Below, piece by piece: positions 55,537-64,000 of a stretch of 64,000 bases of DNA (positions within the stretch are counted from its first letter, which is position 1; every line of letters begins with the position of its first letter). The translations under genes were made by a program, and so were the position numbers. The stretch covers positions 2,496,001-2,560,000 of the forward strand of contig OX638340.1 of assembly GCA_951812955.1 (NCBI GenBank). Reading direction: 5' to 3'. Source of the DNA: an uncultured Gemmatimonadota bacterium (GTDB lineage: Bacteria > JAAXHH01). The notes under the pieces are model-generated. The model ran no database searches and was not told the origin of the DNA. It saw only the letters and a list, made by a program, of their open reading frames with translations.

Positions 55537-55614
55537 AGAGTTTTCCCGGTGAGTTGCCTTGTTTGAACTTTAAATGACTCGTAGAACGGAAGAGAGCGGT
55601 CCTGAAGAGGAGGA

Positions 55615-57696
55615 GTGTTCGTGAAGGAATATCGCATCGAAAACATCAGAAACATATGCCTCGCGGGCCACGGGGGGAGCGGCAAGACCTCCCTGGCGGA
55701 AGCCATGCTCTTCAACGCCGGCGCCACGAACCGCCTGGGCAGCGTGGACGATGGCAACACGGTTTCCGACTACCGCGAGGAAGAGATCGAGCACCGCATT
55801 TCGATGAACCTCACACCCCTTCACTTCGAGTGGAACGAACAGAACCTCCACGTGATCGACACCCCGGGATATTCCGATTTCACCAGCGAGGTGCACTGCG
55901 CGATGCGCGTCTCGGACAACGTGGCTATCGTGGTCAAGGCCATCGAAGGCATCGAGGTGGAGACCGAACGCGCCTGGGAATATACAGAACAGTACGGCCT
56001 GCCCCGCATGGTGGTGGTCAACCTGCTGGATAAGGAACACGCCGACTTCTACGACGTGCTGGGCCGCATCCAGGAACGGTTCGGCACGCAGGCCGTCCCC
56101 CTGCAAATCCCCATCGGCGAAGGCGAAGGCTTCGCGGGCGTTGTCGACCTGGTCGCCATGGAGGCGGTGACCTCTGAAGACGGCAAGGACAGCCGCGGCG
56201 AAATCCCCGGCGATCTCGCTGACCTGGCGGAGGAGTACCGTGAAAAGCTCATGGAGGCGGTGGCGGAATCCGACGATGGGCTGCTCGAGGTTTACTTCGA
56301 AGAAGGCGCATTGTCCGATGAGCAGCTCCTGGAAGGACTGCGAAAGGGTGTGCGGGAAGGCGCCATTTACCCCGTCATGGCGACATCGGCTACGCGGAAT
56401 ATCGGGGTCTCCGGCGTGATGGACGCGGTGGGAGCGTACCTGGCCTGCCCTGCGGACCGGCCGCCGGTTACGGTCACCCCTTCGGGAGGAGACGAAGAAA
56501 TCGCCCTGGATTCCGATCCATCCGGGCCCCTGGCGGCCCTTGTTTTCAAGACGGTTTCCGAAGCCCATATCGGAGAACTCACCTATTTCCGAGTGTATTC
56601 CGGCGAGATCAAGCACGGCGGCGACGTCTACAACTCGTCCAAGAACACGGCGGAGCGGTTCGGTCAGATCTACCAGACGAACGGCCACGAGCGGCATGAA
56701 CTGAACGTCATCCGCGCCGGCGAGATCGGGGCGACGGTCAAGCTGAAGGATACCCACACCGGCGACTCGCTCAGTACGAGACAGAAAACCTTCGACCTGG
56801 AGTGGGTGAACTTCTCCGAGCCCGTGGCGAACGTGGCCGTCCTGCCAAAGAGCAAGGAAGACGAGGAGAAGATCAGCACCGGCCTCTCCCGGCTGCACGA
56901 GGAAGATCCCTCCTTTACCTTCCAGTTCAACAGCGAGATCAAGCAGCTGATCCTGGCCGGGGCCGGCGAAATGCACCTGGACCTCATCGTCGAGCGGCTC
57001 AGCCGCCGTTTCGGCGTGGAAGTCGAGATGGTGCAGCCGCGCATTCCCTACCGCGAAGCAATCAAGGGCAAGTCCGAGGCCCAGGGCCGGTTCAAACGGC
57101 AGAGCGGAGGTCGCGGACAGTTCGGCGACGTCTGGCTGCGCGTGGAACCCAGGCATCGCGGCGACGGTTACGAATTCGACAACGGCATCGTCGGCGGAGC
57201 CGTCCCCAGCCGCTTCATTCCGGCGGTGGACAAGGGCATCCAGGAGGCCATGGTGGAGGGCGTGATGGCCAAGTATCCCGTGGTCGATCTGAAGGCCACG
57301 TTGTACGATGGCTCCTTCCACACGGTCGATTCATCCGAAATGGCCTTCAAGGTCGCCGCGTCCATGGGATTCAAGAAGGCCTTCATGGAAGCCCGGCCCG
57401 TCCTGCTCGAACCGATCTACGAAGTGGACGTGGTCGTCCCGGAAGACTATATGGGCGACGTCATGGGAGATCTTTCCAGCCGGCGCGGACGCATCCTGGG
57501 CATGTCGCCGCGGGGGAGCAACCAGGTGGTGCGGGCCGAAGTGCCCCTGGCCGAACTGTACAGGTACTCGACCGTGTTGCGATCGATAACGCACGGGCGC
57601 GGCAGCCACGCACGGAAATTCGTCCGCTACGAGGAAATACCGAAGGAAATCGAGAACAAGGTCATCGAAGAGGCCAAGACCCAGGAAGAGGACTGA
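55615..57696 (+). CDS. EF-G family translational GTPase paralog (EF-G2-like; not in the str operon context).
   Basis: It has the G1 variant GHGGSGKTSL, DTPGYSDF and NLLDK, then the EFG_II/III/IV/C domains (…PVLLEPIYEVDVVVPEDYMGDVMGDLSSRRGRILG…). It is 693 aa. Confidence 0.88.
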   Translation: MFVKEYRIENIRNICLAGHGGSGKTSLAEAMLFNAGATNRLGSVDDGNTVSDYREEEIEHRISMNLTPLHFEWNEQNLHVIDTPGYSDFTSEVHCAMRVSDNVAIVVKAIEGIEVETERAWEYTEQYGLPRMVVVNLLDKEHADFYDVLGRIQERFGTQAVPLQIPIGEGEGFAGVVDLVAMEAVTSEDGKDSRGEIPGDLADLAEEYREKLMEAVAESDDGLLEVYFEEGALSDEQLLEGLRKGVREGAIYPVMATSATRNIGVSGVMDAVGAYLACPADRPPVTVTPSGGDEEIALDSDPSGPLAALVFKTVSEAHIGELTYFRVYSGEIKHGGDVYNSSKNTAERFGQIYQTNGHERHELNVIRAGEIGATVKLKDTHTGDSLSTRQKTFDLEWVNFSEPVANVAVLPKSKEDEEKISTGLSRLHEEDPSFTFQFNSEIKQLILAGAGEMHLDLIVERLSRRFGVEVEMVQPRIPYREAIKGKSEAQGRFKRQSGGRGQFGDVWLRVEPRHRGDGYEFDNGIVGGAVPSRFIPAVDKGIQEAMVEGVMAKYPVVDLKATLYDGSFHTVDSSEMAFKVAASMGFKKAFMEARPVLLEPIYEVDVVVPEDYMGDVMGDLSSRRGRILGMSPRGSNQVVRAEVPLAELYRYSTVLRSITHGRGSHARKFVRYEEIPKEIENKVIEEAKTQEED

Positions 57697-57802
57697 CCGC
57701 CGGGCGTCGGTACGGAGTAATATAATAGGTAAGGCGGGCCGTTCGGGCCGGCCGGAGTGACCGAGGCGGGCTGTTCGGGTCGCCACAGGGAAGCATGGAT
57801 AC

Positions 57803-58783
57803 ATGGAACCCTTACTGAAAGTTGAGAACCTTTCGACCCACTTCTTGACCCGCAACGGCGCGGTGCGGGCCGTGGACGACGTCAGTTTCGACGTGGCGGA
57901 AGGGGAAACGGTGGGCATCGTGGGGGAGAGCGGATGCGGCAAGAGCGCCACCGTGCTGTCCATCATGCGGCTCATCCCGAGTCCTCCGGGCCGCATCGTC
58001 AACGGCAACATCCTGTTCAGGCCGGGGGCCGACGAACCAGCGGTCGACCTGCGCAACATTTCGGAACGCGAAATGCAGAAAATCCGGGGCAATATCGTCT
58101 CCATGGTGTTCCAGGATCCGATGACGTCCCTCAACCCGGTGCTGACCATAGGATGGCAGCTGCGGGAACCCCTCCAGCTGCATCTCGGCCTCGACAAGAA
58201 AGAGGCCACGGACCGCAGCATCGAACTGCTGCAGATGGTCAACATCCCGAGCCCGGAACAGCGCCTCAACGACTACCCCCACCAGTTCAGCGGGGGCATG
58301 AGGCAGCGCGTGATGATCGCCATGGCCATCGCGTGCAACCCGAAACTGCTTATCGCGGACGAGCCGACCACGGCGCTGGACGTCACCATCCAGGCGCAGA
58401 TCCTGGAGCTGATGATGAAGCTGCAGGAAGAACTGAACATGTCCGTCGTCATCATCACCCACGACCTCGGGGTCGTGGGCGAGGTGTGCGACCGGGTGAT
58501 CGTCATGTACGCCGGCCGGATCATCGAATCGGGCCCGGTGGATACGCTGCTCGACGATCCCAAGCATCCCTACACGCACGGACTGCTCCAGTCCGTTCCC
58601 AAGCTCGGCGCCACGGTGAAGGAGCGCATGGAACCCATCGACGGGCTGCCGCCGAACCTGATCAACCTGCCTGCCGGCTGCCGGTTTGCGCCGCGGTGCC
58701 CCAGCCGATTCGATCTGTGCGGCGACGATCCGGATTTGAAGGACGTGGCGCAGGGACACGACTGCGCCTGCTGGCTGTACTGA
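57803..58783 (+). CDS. Oligopeptide/dipeptide ABC transporter ATP-binding protein (OppD/DppD family).
   Basis: It has Walker A GESGCGKS, the signature [14 protein letters not shown], and the C-terminal oligopeptide-family extension with Cys-rich CRFAPRCP. Confidence 0.88.
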   Translation: MEPLLKVENLSTHFLTRNGAVRAVDDVSFDVAEGETVGIVGESGCGKSATVLSIMRLIPSPPGRIVNGNILFRPGADEPAVDLRNISEREMQKIRGNIVSMVFQDPMTSLNPVLTIGWQLREPLQLHLGLDKKEATDRSIELLQMVNIPSPEQRLNDYPHQFSGGMRQRVMIAMAIACNPKLLIADEPTTALDVTIQAQILELMMKLQEELNMSVVIITHDLGVVGEVCDRVIVMYAGRIIESGPVDTLLDDPKHPYTHGLLQSVPKLGATVKERMEPIDGLPPNLINLPAGCRFAPRCPSRFDLCGDDPDLKDVAQGHDCACWLY

Positions 58784-58843
58784 CTCAGGCCGCACTAATG
58801 CCGGCTATACTGACTCAGACCGCATGCAATCCTGGAGGACGCG

Positions 58844-59812
58844 TTGAACGAGCCCCTGCTGCAACTGGATAACCTGGTCAAGCACTTCGAGCTGGAAGAA
58901 GGCCTGGGCCGCACGCAAGAAGGCGGCACCGTGCGGGCGCTGGACGGCGTTTCCTTCTCCATCGACCGGGGCGAAACTTTCGGACTGGTGGGAGAAAGCG
59001 GCTGCGGAAAATCCACCCTGGGCCTGACCTTGCTGCAGCTCTACCGGCCCACGGCGGGAAAAGTCCTCTTCGAAAGCAACGACCTGGCGGCCATGTCCGA
59101 AAACGAACTGAAGCCCGTCCGCAAGCGTCTGCAGATGATCTTCCAGGACCCCTACGCCTCCCTGGACCCGCGCATGACGGTGGGGAATATCGTGCAGGAA
59201 CCCCTCGACATCCATCGCGTGGGCAACCGGGAAGAACGGAAGGCGAGACTCGTCAGCCTGCTCGATATGGTCGGACTGAGCGAAGCCTACGTGGACCGCT
59301 ATCCCCATGAGTTCAGCGGTGGCCAGCGGCAACGCATCGGAATCGCCCGGGCGATCGCGCTGAACCCGAGCCTCATTATCTGCGACGAGCCCGTATCCGC
59401 ACTGGACGTGTCTATACAGGTCCAGATCCTGAACCTGCTCCAGGACTTGCAGACCGAGCTGAACCTGACCTACTTGTTCATCGCCCACAACCTGGCCGTC
59501 GTCGCCCACATCAGCGATCGCATCGGGGTCATGTACCTCGGCAAGCTCATCGAGTCGGGACGGACCTCCGATGTGACGGACAACGCCCAGCACCCCTATA
59601 CGCAGAGCCTGCTGTCCGCCGTGCCGGAAATCAGCAAACGTCGCCAGAAGCAGCGCATCCAACTGACAGGAGACGTTCCCAGTCCGGTCAACCCGCCTTC
59701 GGGCTGCCGTTTTCATCCCCGCTGCCCCATCGCGAAGGCCGATTGCGCCGAGCACGAACCGGAACTCAAACAGAATGACAGCGGCCACTGGGTGGCCTGT
59801 CATTACGCCTGA
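58844..59812 (+). CDS. Oligopeptide/dipeptide ABC transporter ATP-binding protein (OppF/DppF family).
   Basis: It has Walker [10 protein letters not shown], the signature FSGGQRQRIGIARA, and the C-terminal CRFHPRCP motif. Confidence 0.88.
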   Translation: MNEPLLQLDNLVKHFELEEGLGRTQEGGTVRALDGVSFSIDRGETFGLVGESGCGKSTLGLTLLQLYRPTAGKVLFESNDLAAMSENELKPVRKRLQMIFQDPYASLDPRMTVGNIVQEPLDIHRVGNREERKARLVSLLDMVGLSEAYVDRYPHEFSGGQRQRIGIARAIALNPSLIICDEPVSALDVSIQVQILNLLQDLQTELNLTYLFIAHNLAVVAHISDRIGVMYLGKLIESGRTSDVTDNAQHPYTQSLLSAVPEISKRRQKQRIQLTGDVPSPVNPPSGCRFHPRCPIAKADCAEHEPELKQNDSGHWVACHYA

Positions 59813-59874
59813 AGCGCCACGCCTGACCCATTAATCCGAACATGTCTTCTTCCCTTTCCGGCGAGTCGAACCGA

Positions 59875-60936
59875 ATGCGTTACGATGTCATTACATTCGG
59901 CGAGACCATGATCCGGTATTCGCCGGTGGACGGCCAGATGCTGGAACAGGCCGATTACCTGCGGGCCGATCCGGCGGGCACGGAATCCAACATGGCCGTG
60001 GCCCTGGCCAGGATGGGCGCCGACGTGGCCTGGGTCTCCGCCCTCCCGGATCATCCCGCGGGGCGGTGGATCGCCTCCCGCCTGGCCCTTCACGGCGTGG
60101 ACACGTCCCACGTGGCGTGGTCGGATGGGCGGGCCGATCGGAACGGGCAGACTAGCGGGGCAGGGCAGACTGGCGGGGCCGGGCAGGCCTTAGGACCCAT
60201 GGATTCCACGCGGCCCGAGCGGGCCATGCGGACCGGCGTATTCTTTCTCGAACCCGGCACACCGCCGAGAGGCAGCCGGGTCGTCTACGACCGAGCCGGT
60301 TCCGCCGCAACCAGAATGACGAGCGAGATGGTGGAACGGGCGCTGCGGTCCGGCGCCCGAATCGTGCATACGTCCGGCATCACGGCTTCCCTGGGCCCGG
60401 CGTGCCTCGAAACCGTCACCCGGATCCTGGAAAAACGGTCGGAGGGCGGATACCGGACGTCCTTCGACATCAACTACCGGGCCAAGCTGTGGTCGCCCGA
60501 GCAGGCACGCGAGGTCCTGGACACCTTGCTGGCCCAGGTCGACATCCTGGTGTCGACGTCCGACGACGCAGCGTTGATCTTCGGGCTGGACGGCGCGCCG
60601 GAGGCAACCATCGACGCCTTCCACGCGCGGTTCGGGAACGAAATTATCGTGCTGACGCTGGCCGAGGGCGGGGCCGTAGGCTGGTCCGCGGAGACCGGCT
60701 TTCTCTACACGAAGCCCTACGTGGTGGAACCGGTCGACCGGCTTGGCGCCGGGGATGCCTTCGATGCCGGTCTGCTGTACGGCCTGCTGCGGAAAGATCT
60801 CCCGACCGGGCTTTCCTACGGCACCGCGCTGTCCGCGCTGTCCTTTTCGGAACGGGGCGACGTGACGTGGGCTACGCTGGAGGAAGTGAAGGGGATGGCC
60901 CGTCCGGTCGGTCGCACGCGGTCCGCTGGATCATGA
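59875..60936 (+). CDS. PfkB-family carbohydrate kinase (2-keto-3-deoxygluconate kinase-like) with a low-complexity insertion.
   Basis: It has the N-terminal DVITFGETMIRY, the C-terminal anion hole GAGDAF and the PfkB fold length. The start could also be the ATG at 59842. Confidence 0.72.
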   Translation: MRYDVITFGETMIRYSPVDGQMLEQADYLRADPAGTESNMAVALARMGADVAWVSALPDHPAGRWIASRLALHGVDTSHVAWSDGRADRNGQTSGAGQTGGAGQALGPMDSTRPERAMRTGVFFLEPGTPPRGSRVVYDRAGSAATRMTSEMVERALRSGARIVHTSGITASLGPACLETVTRILEKRSEGGYRTSFDINYRAKLWSPEQAREVLDTLLAQVDILVSTSDDAALIFGLDGAPEATIDAFHARFGNEIIVLTLAEGGAVGWSAETGFLYTKPYVVEPVDRLGAGDAFDAGLLYGLLRKDLPTGLSYGTALSALSFSERGDVTWATLEEVKGMARPVGRTRSAGS

Positions 60937-62120
60937 AGACGAAAGCAACTCCCAACACGCCCATCCGGAAGCCGGTCATGACGACCGTGGGTATACTGAG
61001 CCGCCGCGCACCCAATGAAGCAGGCCGCCCCTTCGGTCCACCCACGGGGTTTTTCGTGGAGTGCTGCCAGGCCGCTGCGAAGCTCGACCTGCGCGCGGTG
61101 GTATTCGACGCGTTGGACGTGGATCCCGGGAAAGGCACGATAAAGCCGGCCACGGTCGTGGACGGCAGGTGGGTCGAATGCGGCCTTGAACCTTTTCCGA
61201 CGGTCATATACGACCGCGCGCCCGTGGTCGATCCGGCCGGTTCAGCCGCGGCGGAGCCGGTGCGGAGTCTGTTCGACCGGGCCGGTATCTCTTTCGTGAA
61301 TCCCCTCCCGTTCATCCGCCTGGCCGCCGACAAGCTGGAAACGTACCGGCGCATGTCGGACGGCGGTCTCCCCGTGGCGCATACCGCCCCGCTCGATGAG
61401 CAGTCTCTGCGGACTTTTCTGTCCCGCTACGATCATGTGTACGTCAAGCCGAGGGCGGGGTCCCAGGGAACGGGCGTCATCGAAGTCGTACGGACCGGGG
61501 ATGGGTGCCATGTCATACGGACGCTGGCCGCTACCTACGAGTTACGAGGCGCGCAACCGGCGAGGGACCGGATCATGGACCTGGCCGGCCACGGCCCAAC
61601 AGGAGCTCTCGACTGCCTGGTGCAGCAGGGGATATCGGCCGAACCCCCGGGCGAAAGGCGCTTCCCTCGGTTCGACCTGCGGTTGCTGATGCAGAAGAAC
61701 GGCCATGCACGGTGTATACTGACCGGCCTGGTTGCCCGTATCAGCCAGACAAGCGGTCCTACGACCAACCTGAGCAACGGCGCCCGCTCAGAAGAGGCGG
61801 AACCCCTGCTCGACGCGCTTTATGGCCGGTCTATGCGTAAGGAGGTCCTGCGCCGCGCCGCGAAGGCGTCTCACGCGACGTGCGGGTTGATGGAGTCGGA
61901 GCTGGGACCCATCGGGGAAGTGGGACTCGATATCGTGCCGGACGCCGCCGGCATGCCCTGGATTATCGAAGTCAACGCCCGCCCCGGCAGGAACGTGTTC
62001 AAGCGCATTGCCGACAGCGCGGACGTTTCTGCACCGGCGCGCCGGCGTTTCGGCGCGATACGGCGCAGCGCCGTGTCCCGCCCCTTCGAGTATGCGAAGA
62101 CCCTGGCCAGCACGGGATGA
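60933..62120 (+). CDS. YheC/YheD-family ATP-grasp protein (putative amino-acid/peptide ligase).
   Basis: It is roughly 395 aa. The ATP-grasp central and C-terminal blocks are present (…YVKPRAGSQGTGV…, …DLRLLMQKNG…, …WIIEVNARPG…). Its ATG overlaps the upstream stop (ATGA). Confidence 0.6.
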   Translation: MKTKATPNTPIRKPVMTTVGILSRRAPNEAGRPFGPPTGFFVECCQAAAKLDLRAVVFDALDVDPGKGTIKPATVVDGRWVECGLEPFPTVIYDRAPVVDPAGSAAAEPVRSLFDRAGISFVNPLPFIRLAADKLETYRRMSDGGLPVAHTAPLDEQSLRTFLSRYDHVYVKPRAGSQGTGVIEVVRTGDGCHVIRTLAATYELRGAQPARDRIMDLAGHGPTGALDCLVQQGISAEPPGERRFPRFDLRLLMQKNGHARCILTGLVARISQTSGPTTNLSNGARSEEAEPLLDALYGRSMRKEVLRRAAKASHATCGLMESELGPIGEVGLDIVPDAAGMPWIIEVNARPGRNVFKRIADSADVSAPARRRFGAIRRSAVSRPFEYAKTLASTG

Positions 62121-62124
62121 GCGT

Positions 62125-63468
62125 ATGACCTTCAAAGAGGCGCTGGACTATCTCTACGACTTCGTGGATTTCGAAAAGATGCCGGGCGCCGCGCCTGAAC
62201 GCATGGACCTGGCGGGCATCACTTCGCTGACGGAAGCCCTGGGCCATCCCGAAATGCATTGGAAATCGGTACACGTGGCGGGGACCAAGGGGAAGGGATC
62301 CACCGCCGTCATGATCGCGTCCATCGTCCGCGAGAGCGGTCACCGCGTCGGTCTGTACACGTCTCCGCACCTGGTGTCGCTGCGCGAACGCATCCAGGTC
62401 GACGGCGAGCCGATCTCCGAGCGCGAATTCGCCGATCTCACGGAACGAACGCGTCCTGTGATCGAAGGGATCAGGCTGCGGCCGGAAGGGATGGGCTCGT
62501 TTTTTGATATACTCACGGCCATGGCCTTTGTGTATTTTAAGGAACGAAGCGTAGACTTGGCGGTGGTCGAATGCGGTCTCGGCGGACGACTTGACTCGAC
62601 CAACGTGATCCAGCCGATGGTCTGTGCGATTACGCCCGTCGGGCTGGACCACACGGACCGCCTCGGAGAGACGATCGCGGAGATCGCCCGCGAAAAAGCA
62701 GGAATCGTAAAAGAAAGCGCCTGTACCGTTACCGCCGTCCAGTCGCGGCAGGCGTCGAAGGTGATCCGGGAGGCCTGCCGGCTTCGGTCGAGTCCCATGG
62801 TGGAAGCGGGCGTCGACGTGCGGTACGCGCTCCGGGAAGAATCGGTGGGGCGGCAGGTGGTCGATATCGAGACCGCCGGCGGGGTGTATGAAGGGGTAAC
62901 GCTCCCGTTGTCCGGGGCGTTCCAGGCCGGTAACGCGGCCGTGGCGGTGGGCGTGGCGGAGGCGCTGGCGAAGCAGGGCATGGAAGTAACGCGACAAGCC
63001 GTGCGCCGCGGCCTCTCGAAGGTGCGGTTGCCGGGACGCATGGAGGTATTCCAGCGCCGGCCGTGGCTGGTACTGGACGTGGCCCACAACGTGCTGGCGG
63101 CGGAGAACCTGACGGCCAGCCTGCGCCGGCTGTTCCCGGCCCGACGCGTAATCGTCGTGTTGTCCGCGCACCGCGACAAGGCGGTCGGGGCGCTTTGCGA
63201 GGTCATTGCGCGTTACGCCGACGAAATCCTCGTTCCCGAGCGGCGGGTACTTAGAAACAGGCAGGCCGATCCCGGGGAAGTGGCCGATGCCTGCACAGGT
63301 CTTGGAACGCCGTCACGGACGGCGACGTCGGTGGCGGACGCCATCGCGGAGGCGAGGACCCTGGCGCAACCGGACGACCTGATCCTAGTGACAGGGTGTT
63401 TCGCGCTGGTGGGAGAAGCCATCGAGATACTGCGCGGGATGGAGCCGGAAGAAACGCGCAGCCGTTGA
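62125..63468 (+). CDS. folC: Bifunctional folylpolyglutamate synthase / dihydrofolate synthase FolC.
   Basis: It has the P-loop VAGTKGKGST, the Mur-ligase-family central and C-terminal domains, and the N-terminal MTFKEALDYLY typical of FolC. Confidence 0.88.
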   Translation: MTFKEALDYLYDFVDFEKMPGAAPERMDLAGITSLTEALGHPEMHWKSVHVAGTKGKGSTAVMIASIVRESGHRVGLYTSPHLVSLRERIQVDGEPISEREFADLTERTRPVIEGIRLRPEGMGSFFDILTAMAFVYFKERSVDLAVVECGLGGRLDSTNVIQPMVCAITPVGLDHTDRLGETIAEIAREKAGIVKESACTVTAVQSRQASKVIREACRLRSSPMVEAGVDVRYALREESVGRQVVDIETAGGVYEGVTLPLSGAFQAGNAAVAVGVAEALAKQGMEVTRQAVRRGLSKVRLPGRMEVFQRRPWLVLDVAHNVLAAENLTASLRRLFPARRVIVVLSAHRDKAVGALCEVIARYADEILVPERRVLRNRQADPGEVADACTGLGTPSRTATSVADAIAEARTLAQPDDLILVTGCFALVGEAIEILRGMEPEETRSR

Positions 63469-63523
63469 AGAGATTCATACTTGAAGGCGGTTGAAGAGAA
63501 CCATACCGGAAGGCGGTAGTGAA

Positions 63524-64000
63524 TGAGCGAAAGAAACCAGACATCGGGAATCGATCCGTTGCGTACGGTCCTGGCGACCGCCCTGTGCGTCCTTTACCTT
63601 TACGCTCTCGGGACCACCGCGGCCGCGCCGCAGTCGTCCACCGCGGCGTCACAGCAGTCGTCCACCGCGGGATCACAGCAGCCGGCTGAATCGGCCGCCG
63701 GGACGGTCCAGCCGCCCGCGCCCGCCCAGGAAGACGCGGCCCCGGACACCTCCCTGACGCTCGAACAACGGCAGCAGGCGGCGGTACAGCAGTTTCTTAC
63801 CAACGTCGCCCTCGCGAAGAACAACCTGGGCGCCGTTTATTACGCGCAGGGACAGTTCGACAGCGCACAGGTACATCTCGAACACGCCCTGGAGGTCGCT
63901 CCGGGCTTCGCCGCCGCTTACCTCACACTGGGGTTGATCCACCACGCCAGGGGGGACATGGCCGCGGCGCTGGAGGCGTTCAAGAAGACCGTAGAGGGCG
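63524..64000 (+). CDS. TPR-repeat protein with a signal peptide and Ser/Gln-rich linker, 5' part only (continues past the window end).
   Basis: It starts MSERNQTSGIDPLRTVLATALCVLYLYALG, then has the repeat SSTAASQQSSTAGSQQ, then the TPR units NNLGAVYYAQGQFDSAQ and AYLTLGLIHHARGDMAAALEAF. Confidence 0.55.

Noticed and set aside
55570-57321. A 583-aa minus-strand ORF antisense to the EF-G-family gene, and a 307-aa plus-strand ORF at 56802-57725.
   Set aside because: Both are antisense or out of frame with a conserved GTPase and have no motifs.
57331-58872. ORFs 57331-58269 (-), 57812-58795 (-) and 57934-58872 (+) overlapping the oppD-type gene.
   Set aside because: They are out of frame or antisense to a clear ABC ATPase, and their products are Arg/His-rich and low-complexity.
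60402-60932. The 5' part of ORF 60402-62120, which overlaps the PfkB kinase gene.
   Set aside because: The ATP-grasp homology starts only at the ATG at 60933 (MKTKATPN…). The upstream part is an alternative frame of the kinase.
61999-63206. Minus-strand ORFs 61999-63171 and 62340-63206 antisense to folC.
   Set aside because: They are antisense to a conserved folC, with no motifs.

Overview
This is a 64-kb high-GC bacterial chromosomal segment containing two visibly AT-richer blocks, at about 19.85-30.9 kb and 46.3-55.6 kb. The high-GC backbone carries oriC-proximal housekeeping genes (yidC 3' end, mnmE, mnmG, rsmG) and two tandem moeA paralogs. It also carries a carB-argJ-pepP run, a TPR/HExxH secreted protein, comEC, lipA, one complete rRNA operon (16S-tRNAIle-tRNAAla-23S-5S), an EF-G-family paralog, oppD/oppF-type ATPases, a PfkB kinase, a YheC/D-type ATP-grasp gene, folC and a partial TPR gene. 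The most striking structure is a cassette that recurs three times: a roughly 800-aa MacB/FtsX-type ABC permease with two FtsX repeats, a MacB/LolD-type ATPase and a small lipoprotein with a TonB-C-like domain. In two of the three copies the cassette also holds an ApbE flavin transferase and a membrane-anchored FMN-binding (NqrC/RnfG-type) substrate protein. Cassette B (45.6-53.7 kb, low-GC) looks intact. Cassette A (38.1-43.0 kb, high-GC, next to the rRNA operon) has a deletion that fuses the FMN-binding gene to apbE, followed by a frameshift, so it appears decayed. Cassette C (19.1-24.2 kb) has only a short ATPase fragment left beside its permease, with an intact ATPase about 1.8 kb further on, and a roughly 33-bp leader motif present in three copies. 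The first low-GC block also carries two tandem ECF-sigma paralogs fused to a roughly 430-aa C-terminal domain that resembles a DUF4097 beta-solenoid, and two HExxH proteins. I found no CRISPR array, integrase or transposase. All calls rest on reading the sequence and ORF translations only; no database search was run.
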